A DNA stretch of 64,000 nt from the NCBI GenBank assembly GCA_963752155.1, contig CAVVXH010000010.1, positions 32,001 to 96,000 of the forward strand. Reading direction: 5' to 3'. Below the pieces are notes generated by a model. That model was not told the origin of the DNA. It did no database searches and saw only the letters and a program-made list of their open reading frames with translations. The stretch comes from an uncultured Parachlamydiaceae bacterium. Lineage in GTDB: Bacteria; Chlamydiota; Chlamydiia; Chlamydiales; Parachlamydiaceae. Shown piece after piece: positions 49,510 through 60,341 of the stretch (its first letter is position 1; every line of letters starts with the position of its first letter). The position numbers and the translations under genes are program-made.

Positions 49510-52500
49510 ATGCCGTTTATAAAGGATTATGAGAACTTAATACTAATACAAGAAGGACGTCGAAATGTCATTTATACCGCATTTCGTAAAAAGATCGGAA
49601 GTTCCCGTAGTTCTTAAAGTCTTACGAATGTCGAATCCAACATTAGAGGATATAGCCCTGATTTATAATGAATTCGAGGTTAGTAAAGATCTTGTATTAT
49701 CAAATATAATTAAAACATATGGTTTGAGTAGAAGAGCCAGAATGTTATGCTCTAGTCCAAGAAAATATTCAGGGAACCTTTCATTAGCAAACTATTTAAA
49801 TCAATAGACCAATCAAAAATTTAACAGATTTCTACAAAATCGCTTTACAGATGATCGATGCAGTGATTGGAATCCATCGCAATAATATCATTCACAAAGA
49901 TATAAAGCCTAGTAATTTTATCATCGATGCCTACGACGATGATCGTTAAGCTTACAGATTTTAATTTTGCGGTGAAACTTTCTCATGAAATTCAAGAAGC
50001 TTTACCTCCTGAAAATTAATCGGAACCCTTGCTTATATGGCCCCAGAGCAAACAGGTCGCATGAACATGAACGTGGATTATCGCAGCGATTTCTATGCTC
50101 TTGGTGTGACATTCTATGAAATGCTTAGCCGGAGAACTTCCTTTTTATTCAACGGATCCGTTTGAATTAGTCCATTCCCATATTGCAGTATCAGCCCCTG
50201 ATGCTTCGGAACTCAATGTTGATATTCCCAAATCTTTAGCTAAATTGATACAAAAGCTCATGGCAAAAGACCCCTCCGAACGTTATCAAAGTGCTATTGG
50301 GATCAAGCAGGATCTTGAGGAATGCGCTAAAGGAGATGATAAAGTTATTTGCGTTAGGGCAAATGGATGTCCACGACACTTTAAATATCTCTCAAAAGAT
50401 GTATGGAAGGCAAGATGAAATTAAATTTCTTTTAACCGCCTATGATCGAGTCAGCCAGGGATCCACCGAAGCATTGATGGTCCATGGATATTCTGGCATT
50501 GGAAAAACGATGTTGATTAATGAAGTGCATAAACCCATGGTCAAGCATAAAGGGTATTTCATAAGCGGAAAATGTAGTCAAATGCAACATAACATTCCCT
50601 ATACAGCGATGACCCAAGCATTTAATCAATTGGTTCGGCTTATTTTGTCTGAACCGGAAGAACAGTTTGAAAAATTTAAAGAAGCAATCATCGATGCCCT
50701 TGGGGGCGTTGCACAAGTATTGATCGATTTAGTTCCCCAACTTGAACTTATCATAGGCCCTCAACCTCCTTTAGAAAAATTGCCGGCTCAAGAAACACAA
50801 AATCGGATGATGGTTTTTTTTAAACGCTTTATGGAGGTCGTAGCAACTAAAGAACATCCCTTAGTGATGTTCATCGATGATTTGCAATGGATTGACAATA
50901 GTTCTTTAAAACTCTTGGAATATATTATTACCGATGAGGACTTAAGTTACGTGTTGCTTATCGGAGCATATCGCGATAATGAAGTTGAAGGGCATCATCC
51001 TTTGCAACTTTTTTTAAAGGAAATGTCAGAACAAGAAAAAACCATTCATTCACTAAGATTAGGACCTTTGAAAGAAGCTGATTTTGAAGCTCTATTTAAA
51101 GATAGTTTTAATCGTGATGAAGAGTCCCTAAAACCATTGGTCGATCTCATCTACAAACTTACTGGAGGGAATTCTTTTTTCTGTAAGCAGGTAATTAACA
51201 CGTTATATAAAGAAGGTTTTTTATTTTTTGATTATGAAAAGAGTCGATGGGATTGGAATTTGGATGGGATTAAAACGTTAAAAATTTCGGATAATGTGGT
51301 TGATCTGATGTTAGGAAAATTAGGTGAATTACCCATTGAAACTCAGTCTTTATTAAAATATGGAGCTTGTTTAGGCAATTCATTCACTGTTGAAATGTTG
51401 ATGCTAGTGAGCAATCAATCGGCAAATGAAATTGCCAAAAATCTTTCTCCAGCATTCCAAAATGAATTGATCTTATTGCAAAAGCAAGGGATTAAATTTA
51501 CAAATGCAATTAGCTCAGATAAATTGGCTCATCAACTTTCAAGAAATACCGTTTATCAATTCATCCATGATCGAATTCAGCAGGCAGTAGATAAGAGTAT
51601 TCCATTAGATGAAAAACAGAAAATTCATCTAAGCATTGCTCGTTTACTTATTGAAAATGAACCAGAAGCTTCTGCCAAAGAATTGTTATTTGAAGTTGCA
51701 GATCATTTTAATGAAGCCCATGACTTATTAAGTGAAAAAGAGAAGTTCGATGTTGTCAATTTAAATTATAAAGCAGGTCTCAAAGCATTAGGTGCAAATG
51801 CTTACAGTTCGATGTCTAATTATCTTCGAGCTGCGCTCTCCCTGATTGATGCAAAGTGGTGGGATACACATTATGAGTTGATGTTTGGGTTGAATCGCAG
51901 CTATGCGCAAAGTCTTTATCTCACTGGAGAGGTTGGTAAAAGTGCTGAAATAACAGAAAATCTTTTACAGCTTGCTCAAAGCGCATTTGATAAAGCAGGC
52001 ATTTATCGTATTCAATGTTTACAACATCAAATGAGTGCTAATCTCCCTTTGGCAGTTGATGCTGGGTTGAAAGCCCTAGAACTTCTGGGTGTTAAGATCT
52101 CGGCTCAACCTTCGAAGCTGAACGTTTGGATGAAATTTATTCAAGTGAAGGGAGCTTTCTGGAAATATCATCTCGATACACTGGATAAAGAATTGAAGGT
52201 GATGACGGATAAGAATTGGCTCGCAGTTTTTCAGATTTTGAACGAGATATTTTATTCTGCTTATTCAGTGTCCGGAAATTTGTATACCTATTTGCTGTTG
52301 GTTGCGATGCACTTAATGCTGAAACATGGCAAACCTCCAAGCGCAGGGTTATGGGTCATAGGGTATGCCTTAGCGACATTGAATTTAACAAAAAATGTGA
52401 ACGATTGTTTTGCTTTGTGGGCTTGTGCAGAACGATTTATGGAGCAAGATAAGGATAAATATTCTTCTCCATATGGTTGTTGGGTGCGGGGATTTTTTTT

Positions 52501-54847
52501 AAATCATCTTCGTTATCCTTTCAAAGATGCGAGTGTCTATTGTCAACAAGGTATCCAAGACGCTTTGGAGTCAGGTAATTTACAGGCAGCCATATTGAAT
52601 ATGAGTGCTTTAGCAGGAGTGATTAGAAGTGAATCGAAGTCTTTGAAAAATTTGAGGGAAAGCCAGGGTGATACGTTGAATTATGCCCGTAAGATACATA
52701 TGAAAGAAGCTGTCGATACGATGGGATTTTTGAGCTGTTTAGCCGATGTTGAGTTAGGGAGAATTCCTGCTGATAAATCCCAACTCGATTTGTATCGCAG
52801 TCTTATTTTTGGAAAAGGTCGATTTATGGAGGCGATTAGATCCATTTTAATGGGACGCTATTTTTATTTTTTGGAGTTATATGAGGCGGCATGTGCGTGT
52901 CATTTTCAATGGTATTCGGAAGAAAAAAGAATGCGTTACAATGTAAATACTCTTTCTCAAAAAACATTGGATGCCTTATCGATTGCAAGACGCATTCCTG
53001 AGTTGTCGTTCACTCAAAGGCTTCGTTATCATCATCAATTCCGCAAAATTTATAAAGACTTAAAATGGGCAGCCAAAGAGTGTCCTCAGAACTATGAACA
53101 TCAATATGCAATACTTAGAGGTGTTCGTGAATCTCTTAAAGGTCGATACCAAAAAGCTATTCAGGAGTTTGAAAAAGCTGCTGATGGGGCTAAAAGAAAC
53201 CGAGGATTTCTTTGGGTGGCGATAGCTAATGAGTTGGCCGGAGACTTACTCGTAAAACAAGGGCATCTTCGCTATGCTGTCGATTATATCCGTGAAGCTT
53301 GTTATTATTATGAGCATTATGGGATGAAGTTGAAAGTCGACGTGCTCGAAAAACGTTATCCCTACTGTTTTGCAAATGTAGATATGAGCTTTAATCATGG
53401 TCAAGGAGCTGAATTAGATAGAATTAGCATGATGACAATGACCACATCGTCAGCAGATCTCGATATCACATCTGTCATAAAAGCCAGCCAATCCATTTCT
53501 GAAGAGCTCGTGCCGGATAAATTGTTTGAAAAAGTATTGCATATCATGATCGAAAATGCGGGAGCTCAAAGAGCTGTGTTTATAGAGAAAGAAAAAAAAC
53601 AATGGCTAGTCAACGCTTCATTTGTTCATCAAAAGGACTCTGATCGGTTTCAAGTTCATAATATTCCATTGAAGGATTACAAAGAGGTTCCACATTCCAT
53701 ACTGAACGTTTCCTTAAGACTAAGAGAACCTATGATTGTCAATAATGCTAAAGAAGATCCACAATATGCAGATGATCTTTATATCAGAAGTGTTGCTCCT
53801 AAATCGATTCTGTGCCTTCCCATTATTTACAAAGAAAAACGAGTGGGTTTGATTTATTTTGAAAATAATCTTACTGGAGGAGCGTTTACTGAAAAGAGAA
53901 TTCATTTGCTTCGTACGTTGTCGACACAGATTGTGATTTCATTAGAAAACGCTCGCCATTTTGAGTACGTACAGTTCATGTATCGTGCGATAGATCGGTT
54001 TGTTCCGAGACGATTTTTGCAGTTACTGCAAAGAGAAAATGTGGAAGATGTGAAATTAGGAGATAGTGTTAAACGAAAAATTAGTGCCTTATTTGCTGAT
54101 ATTCGTGGTTTCACGACTTTAGCGGAAACCCTTACGCCAGAGCGTACAGCATTATTTTTGAATACTTATATGCGTTATATGGCACCAATTATTCGAAAAA
54201 ACAAAGGATTCGTCAATCAATTTTTGGGCGATGGAATCATGGCGCTATTTCCTGAATCACCTTCAGATGCAGTTGATGCAGCTGTTGCTATGAATGAAAT
54301 GCTAGCAAGCTTTAACAAAAAAATCGAAGCCGAAGGATTTGCACCCATTAGTGTTGGAATTGGGATCAACACGGGCGATGCGATGATATGCACCCTTGGA
54401 GAAGAAGAGCGTTTAGATGCAAGTGTTGTGAGTGATGCTATCAACACTGCCTCTCGCGTTGAAGGATTAAACAAGTACTATAGAACTCGGTTGCTCATTA
54501 GTGATGCTGTGTATGATCAACTGACAAATAAAAGTAAATACTTGATCAGATTAGTTGATCGAGTTGTATTAAAAGGTAAGAATAAGGCAACAGCTATTTA
54601 TGAGGTATCGCGACTTCCCTCACCTGAGAATTTTCAAGATGAATTGAGTTATCTAGAGTTATTTACGAATGCATTTGCTTCGTATGAAAAGGGGGATTTT
54701 AAAAAGGCGGAAGAAGCTTTTAACCTTTGCTATAAGCAAAAGCCTGAAGATTACTTAGCAAGAATGTTTCGCGATCGATGCAGCGAGTTTCTGAAAACAG
54801 GTGTTCCGGCTGACTGGAATGGAGTGAATATTCTTTTGGAAAAATGA
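49510..54847 (+). CDS. Ser/Thr kinase - AAA ATPase - GAF - class III nucleotide cyclase hybrid (N-terminal part frameshifted)
   Basis: [23 protein letters not shown] and DFYALG in broken frames 49510-50350; [40 protein letters not shown]. Confidence 0.88.
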
Positions 54848-55024
54848 AAATTTTCAATAAAGTTGTTATAATCCTAGGAATTGAAGAGAAACATTTTTGA
54901 TAGAAATATTTATGAATTTAAAAAATAACTTGACAAATTCACTTTAAGAAATTAATTTGAGTTTATGAGGCATAAAAGTGCCATCAGTAGTTTTCTTAAT
55001 AAGTTCTTAAATAAGGAGATCATT

Positions 55025-55543
55025 ATGAATGAATATAAAAAAATAATACCTGCTTTGTGTATATTCACTCTTTCGATTGCCCCTACTTTTAATCTTTTAG
55101 CAATTGGCGGAGCTGGAGCTGGAGGAGGTTTCGGTAACCAAGGGGGTTTAGGAAATCAAAATAATCAAAGCAACCCTAGCGGCCAAAATTATCCAGGAGA
55201 GCAAAATCAAAATAATCCAAAAACTCCAGGGAAAGTAGGAAATGAAGATAATTTTCTAAGTCAAAATTCAATGAGAAATGACGGCATGGGCGGTGGTCGA
55301 AAGATGGATAATCGAATGAATGACGACATGATGGATGATCGTATGGGAAACGATCGCATGAATGACATGGGTGAACACCACCACCACCATCAGCATGGTA
55401 TGGGCAATAGTATGAATGATGACATGATGAACGATCGCATGAATGATATGGGTGGGCATCATCATAACATGGGTAATGATATAAGTGATGATAACATGGG
55501 TGATAGTGGTCGTATGCCTCATGGGAATATGAGAGGACATTAA
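55025..55543 (+). CDS. secreted low-complexity Met/Asp/His-rich protein
   Basis: RBS aaggag; signal peptide; MNDDMM.DRM repeats and HHHHH/HHH tracts. Confidence 0.8.
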   Translation: MNEYKKIIPALCIFTLSIAPTFNLLAIGGAGAGGGFGNQGGLGNQNNQSNPSGQNYPGEQNQNNPKTPGKVGNEDNFLSQNSMRNDGMGGGRKMDNRMNDDMMDDRMGNDRMNDMGEHHHHHQHGMGNSMNDDMMNDRMNDMGGHHHNMGNDISDDNMGDSGRMPHGNMRGH

Positions 55544-55554
55544 TTCAAGCCCCC

Positions 55555-55615
55555 TATTCCCTGATAGGGGGCTCCACAGGCAACTTTCTCTCTTTGTGTT
55601 TAATTTTTCCTATAT
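55555..55615 (-). repeat. truncated element A/B junction
   Basis: gatagggggctccacaggcaactttctctctttgtgtttaatttttcctata resembles 21901-21953. Confidence 0.6.
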
Positions 55616-56044
55616 TAATTAGTGTAGACTAAAGTTATGCTTTAAATAATAACTCCGTAGTTCTTCGTAAGTTTCAAAAGTTGGTTTTTTTATAGCATGT
55701 GACTTGACTTTTTCATTATAAAGCTCAACTGTTAGATCAAGAGGTGTGACTGTGTCTCCTTCTTTTGTTGTGATAGTAATTTTTTTTGGACTGCCATCAT
55801 TTCTCATTTTCAGCCCCGTTTATTAATAAATTCCTAATATCACTATATTTTGAAACATTGCCCATTGAAGCACCCGCTTATGGTTCTAAATTTATTATAT
55901 AGATATAAAGTTTTATTTGTAAAGAAAGGTTTATTTTTAATAACTACTCAAATAGTAGTTCTTATTTTAGTTGAAATGAAGTCAAACGAAATCGTATGCT
56001 TTGCTTGTGCCCTTTTACAAATTTTATACAACAAAGGAAATAGT

Positions 56045-56632
56045 ATGAAAAAGCACATATTTACGATTCTCTCATTGACATCAGCATTGTTTGGAGCAGG
56101 TTTGCAAGCAAGCCAAGGTTGTGATGGCTTTTATGTTGGTGGTTTCGGAGGAGCCAACTTCATGCAGAAGCAGAAGCATGAAGATTTTCGTTTTAAACCA
56201 AAAACAGGGTATGTTGCCGGCGCTTCAGTAGGGTATAGATTTGCAGATATCGCTCGCGTCGAAGCTGAGTTTGCATATAGAAATAACTCTGTTGACAATG
56301 GTCATGGAAATAAGATTAAACAAAGAAACGAAACTTATTCCTACATGGCTAATGCTTATTATGACTTAGATTTAGGTTGTGACTTTACTCCATACATCGG
56401 TGGTGGTGTGGGTTATGCTCAGAATAGACAAAGAGCCGGTTCTTCTATTGCAAAAGGGTGGGAGATCACAAAGAATACAGAGGGTTTTGCTTATCAGGGA
56501 ATCGCTGGAGTTAGCTATGATATATCTAGCTTATGTGAGAAGGCTTCTGTTGGTCTAGAATATAGATACTTTGCGACAAAACAAGATATTAAAGATCATT
56601 CGGTTGCTGTTGCTTTAAAAAGATATTTCTAA
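56045..56632 (+). CDS. outer-membrane beta-barrel protein (8-stranded OmpA/opacity-like)
   Basis: Signal peptide, GFYVGG, RVEAE, ANAYYD, PYIGGGVG, AYQ..AG, terminal YF. Confidence 0.88.
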   Translation: MKKHIFTILSLTSALFGAGLQASQGCDGFYVGGFGGANFMQKQKHEDFRFKPKTGYVAGASVGYRFADIARVEAEFAYRNNSVDNGHGNKIKQRNETYSYMANAYYDLDLGCDFTPYIGGGVGYAQNRQRAGSSIAKGWEITKNTEGFAYQGIAGVSYDISSLCEKASVGLEYRYFATKQDIKDHSVAVALKRYF

Positions 56633-56637
56633 TTTAA

Positions 56638-56673
56638 TAACAATTCCCGTTAATTTATTAACGGGAATTGTTA
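56638..56673. terminator. bidirectional terminator
   Basis: taacaattcccgttaa-ttta-ttaacgggaattgtta between convergent genes. Confidence 0.75.
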
Positions 56674-56678
56674 GATGC

Positions 56679-57947
56679 TCACTCTGCGATCTGGGCTTGT
56701 GTTAGCTTAGGCAGTTCGGACTCTTCTTGAGAAAGGACCTTTTTCTCTGTCATCAGCAATAAAGTAAACCCAGCAGTCCCTAGCGCAAGCCCAATTGGAA
56801 TGACTGCGATTCCATAGAGGAGAGCGTCAGAATTGCCAGCTCCGCCCATCATATTAATCACTGCTCCCATGGTTGAATGGAAAGCATAACCGAAGACCAT
56901 GATGATCATATTGGCGACTGCAGTCGTTAATCCCGCAACTTCTCCGCGTACATATGTAGAGGCTTTATAAATTGCTAGAATTTGATAGGCACAGCAGGCT
57001 CCGATGATTGCAAAATTAATGCTGATAGCGGTAGTCGTCAGATGAAAAGTCAAAAGAAGCATAAAAATCATGATTAAAGCGCTACCTGCGGCGATGATGG
57101 TTCCGAGATAGCTGCCGATTTTTTCAGCGATCAAACTTAATATAGGAGCTCCGAAGCACATTCCGATAAAGATCATTGAAGGAAGGCTGGCGGCTAATGT
57201 CCCTTCGAATCCATAAATTTGTTTTAAAAATGCTGTTCCCCAGACATCGGCAAATCCTTCTAAGGGGCCTATCATCAATCCGGCAAATATACATGAACCT
57301 ATGACCCGCCGATTGCTTAAAACTTCCTTAAGATCAGAAAGTGGCGTGCCTTGAGGGGTCGTTTCCATTCTAGGAATAATTAAATAAGTGACAAATGCCA
57401 GAACGATGCCCATTAAAGCAAACAATTCAACGACAGCTTCATAACCCATAGATTCTCGCATATAGCTTACGGGACCTCCGCCATAAATGGCGCCAAGAAG
57501 ACCAATAGTGACTGAAAGGCTGAGCATTCGGGGAAAGCGTTCTTCGCTGAATGTCATGCGGATAATTTTAAATAATCCTAATATTGCGGCAGATGAGCCC
57601 ACCCCGATCATGAATCTACCTACAATGGGGTATATCCAATAGTCAGATATAAGGAGAGGCATTAGACCGACAACATTTAGTAGAATGCAGCCTGTCATGA
57701 CAATACGTGGGCCGTAACGATCTAGCATTATTCCGATAGGTAAATGTAATAATGAATAGCCGATGTAATAGATTCCGGAAAACTGACCGAAAGTTGCTGC
57801 ACCAATGTCAAATTGTTGCATGATGTCGTCGATCATGATGTTAGGCATCACGCGTAAAATATATTGGTAGGCATAGAATATAGATGCTATAAGCCATACA
57901 CACCATACTATTACGCGTGATTTTGAAGCCGAAGCCGGTAAAGTCAT
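56679..57947 (-). CDS. MFS transporter
   Basis: ~12 TM; motif A GIMLDRYGPR; GRFMIG. Confidence 0.92.
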   Translation of the reverse strand: MTLPASASKSRVIVWCVWLIASIFYAYQYILRVMPNIMIDDIMQQFDIGAATFGQFSGIYYIGYSLLHLPIGIMLDRYGPRIVMTGCILLNVVGLMPLLISDYWIYPIVGRFMIGVGSSAAILGLFKIIRMTFSEERFPRMLSLSVTIGLLGAIYGGGPVSYMRESMGYEAVVELFALMGIVLAFVTYLIIPRMETTPQGTPLSDLKEVLSNRRVIGSCIFAGLMIGPLEGFADVWGTAFLKQIYGFEGTLAASLPSMIFIGMCFGAPILSLIAEKIGSYLGTIIAAGSALIMIFMLLLTFHLTTTAISINFAIIGACCAYQILAIYKASTYVRGEVAGLTTAVANMIIMVFGYAFHSTMGAVINMMGGAGNSDALLYGIAVIPIGLALGTAGFTLLLMTEKKVLSQEESELPKLTQAQIAE

Positions 57948-58066
57948 TTGAAATCCTCTTTTGAAAGATTAATACTTAAGATCAGCAAAGTCTTAAACAA
58001 TTATTAATAATATTCTATAATGAACTCTGCTGAGTCTGTCAAAATAAATTTTGATGCAATAACATT

Positions 58067-58095
58067 ATTATAGCAAGAAAATATATATTTGTCAA
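58067..58095 (-). promoter_or_regulatory. consensus sigma70-type promoter for the MFS gene
   Basis: Minus strand TTGACA-17 nt-TATAAT (perfect consensus). Confidence 0.8.
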
Positions 58096-58165
58096 AGCTA
58101 ATTTGCTAATGGGACATGGTTAAGGGAAAGAGAGTCACGTTGCAGTGACTCTCTTATTTCAGAAC

Positions 58166-58708
58166 TTATGGAGACCAGTAACCGGTATCTCTTTTAAATT
58201 GCCCGCAATCTTTTGTCTTTCTTATGGCTTCATCCGCTTTTTTAGATCCATCCCATGTCACAAAAAGATAGGGTTTATAATTCAGGCGCAGTTGGCAGGA
58301 ATCATCGTCTATTGCAAAATAGCTTTTTTCACGAATCCAATCCTTACTCTCTTTAGATGAGAGGTAAACATGGCATTCCTGTCCGAAAATCTCTTTCATT
58401 TTAGTACAAATGCTATCTTTAGTTCGCTTATATAATTCTATATCATCTTCTGTTTTAAGATGAAAAAAATGCCTTTCTTTTGGACAGTCTATCATTTTTG
58501 CCTGTGTTTTGATTTCTTCCATCTTGACAAATGCCGTTCCGATCACTCGGTCGACAAACGGTTCTTGCATTTGTAAAAAACGTTGTTCTCTTTCAAATTT
58601 CATTCGTTCGGCAAGCTCTGCTAAATCCGCCTTTTTTTGAGCGGACAATAGGGCTAATTGAGCCTCATTATGCTGAGACAACTGAAATAAATTAAATGTA
58701 GTATTCAT
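58166..58708 (-). CDS. hypothetical protein
   Basis: 180 aa ORF, RBS aggag, downstream hairpin agagtcac..gtgactct. Confidence 0.65.
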   Translation of the reverse strand: MNTTFNLFQLSQHNEAQLALLSAQKKADLAELAERMKFEREQRFLQMQEPFVDRVIGTAFVKMEEIKTQAKMIDCPKERHFFHLKTEDDIELYKRTKDSICTKMKEIFGQECHVYLSSKESKDWIREKSYFAIDDDSCQLRLNYKPYLFVTWDGSKKADEAIRKTKDCGQFKRDTGYWSP

Positions 58709-58835
58709 ACAAATCTCCTAAATTTATTGTTGATTCATTCCCAATTTCTTGATTGAGAATAAATTCATTGTATAAAAATTGGAAATTGTTTAAAAATTAA
58801 TAATCCTAATAAGTCCATTAGCAGGAGTTATACCT

Positions 58836-59675
58836 ATGGAACCTGGATTGAACTTGAATAATCTAAAGTATTTCTTCGATTCGGTAGAGACAGAGAGCAT
58901 CTCAGAGGCTGCCAGAAGAAATTATGTCACGCAATCTGCGGTCAGCCAGGGGATTCAGAAACTGGAAAAAGCCTTGAAAGTCTCTCTTATTACCCATCAA
59001 CGAAATTGCTTTAAGCTGACTCCAGAAGGTCAAGCGGTATTTTTATTAACACAGCAGATCTTCCGAAATCTTAAAGCCATGTCAGATGTTGCTCAAGACT
59101 TTCAGGAGATTATCTCCGGGCATATAAACCTCGCTTGTACTCAAAGCATCGCTATGAATCTTATTTCATCCAATTTTCAAAAAATGAAGAAAAAGTATCC
59201 GCAAGTGATTATGAATATGAAAATTGCGAAGATGGAAAACATTTGTCTGATGTTAAAGCGAGGGGCGATGGATATTGGCATCGTTGTGGAAAGCGAGGTT
59301 TGCGATCAATTTGACAAAATTGTCGTTCATAAGGGGTTTTTTCGAATCTATTCAAAAACCGGGTATTTTGATGAGGGGATCTATGTAGACCATGCCCATG
59401 GCTTAAATGTGGACAGGCTTTCTGAAATGTACCGCAAAAAGTTTGGGAAAGAATTGACGATCCTGCAAGAGCTGGACTCATGGCAGGTGCTTGCCAAATG
59501 CGCAGAAAGTGGAATAGGCGTCTCTTTTCTACCTGATTTTTTGTTGGATGAAAACACGAGCTTGCGCATATGCGAACAATTGCCACCGATCCCTTACAGG
59601 ATTGTTGCCATTTCACCGCGGGGTGTTCACTTATCTCGCGCAACCAAAGCTTTTCTTGATCTTATCATAAATTAA
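58836..59675 (+). CDS. LysR family transcriptional regulator
   Basis: SISEAARRNYVTQSAVSQGIQKLE HTH, LTPEG. Confidence 0.93.
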   Translation: MEPGLNLNNLKYFFDSVETESISEAARRNYVTQSAVSQGIQKLEKALKVSLITHQRNCFKLTPEGQAVFLLTQQIFRNLKAMSDVAQDFQEIISGHINLACTQSIAMNLISSNFQKMKKKYPQVIMNMKIAKMENICLMLKRGAMDIGIVVESEVCDQFDKIVVHKGFFRIYSKTGYFDEGIYVDHAHGLNVDRLSEMYRKKFGKELTILQELDSWQVLAKCAESGIGVSFLPDFLLDENTSLRICEQLPPIPYRIVAISPRGVHLSRATKAFLDLIIN

Positions 59676-59754
59676 TGATAAATCACGCTCAGATATTATG
59701 GCAGTTCGTCTGGCTTTTTAGGAATTCAAGGTGACCTTGATTTTTAACGCAGAG

Positions 59755-60135
59755 CGAGACAGTTGCCTGCGTCGCTCCCTATCGGGGAATAACAAATTTT
59801 TAAAGCGCCTTGCCATTGGTGCCTGACCTGATATTCTGACATTTGCCGAAAATGATGACATAACCTCCCTGGAGGGCAAATGTCAGAATGTCAGGTCTGG
59901 AACCAAGGCCAGAACGTTACCTCTCAGAATTAAGTATCTTGTTATTAATTGAAAACGACGCTTTTTTCAGTTGCGTAAATCTTGGGGGGAATGTTCCGGC
60001 CTTGGTTCCAGACCTGACATTCTGACATTTGCCCTTTAGGAAGCAATGTTATCGCATCGGCAAATGTCAGAATATCAGGTCAGGCACCAATGGCAAGGCG
60101 CTTTGAAAATTTATCAGTCGATTTTGTTATCTAGG
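59755..60135 (+). mobile_element. palindromic element B (long form)
   Basis: Near-identical to 30548-30925; begins right after aacgcagag. Confidence 0.85.
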
Positions 60136-60142
60136 GCAGCTG

Positions 60143-60174
60143 GGACGCGGAGAGTTCGATTCTCTCCACCTCCA
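60143..60174 (+). other. isolated tmRNA-like 3' end (possible att site)
   Basis: ggac..gagag-ttcgatt-ctctc-cacctcca = T-arm plus 3' acceptor strand; no matching 5' half nearby. Confidence 0.65.
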
Positions 60175-60183
60175 ATCAAAATT

Positions 60184-60219
60184 AAGGCTTCACTTTTTGG
60201 AGTGAAGCCTTTTGTTTTT
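60184..60219 (+). terminator. intrinsic terminator after the tmRNA-like fragment
   Basis: aaggcttcact-ttttgg-agtgaagcctt followed by ttgttttt. Confidence 0.75.
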
Positions 60220-60341
60220 AGTGACTTACACATCAAAAATCTTATCAAGAATTTCCCCTGCGTAAAGCTCAATTACGCATAGGAAAGCCCATCTGAGGAT
60301 CTGATCCATTATGTAATCACCTAGATCAAGAACTGATTAAG

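Noticed and set aside
55268..55540. His/Ile-rich antisense ORF
   Set aside because: It is the mirror of the ATG/GAT-rich sense gene.
55619..55807. 62-aa minus-strand ORF
   Set aside because: No recognisable motif; it may be a gene remnant but cannot be supported.
60143..60174. A complete tRNA or tmRNA gene
   Set aside because: Only the T-arm and 3' acceptor strand are present; there is no D-arm, anticodon arm or 5' strand.
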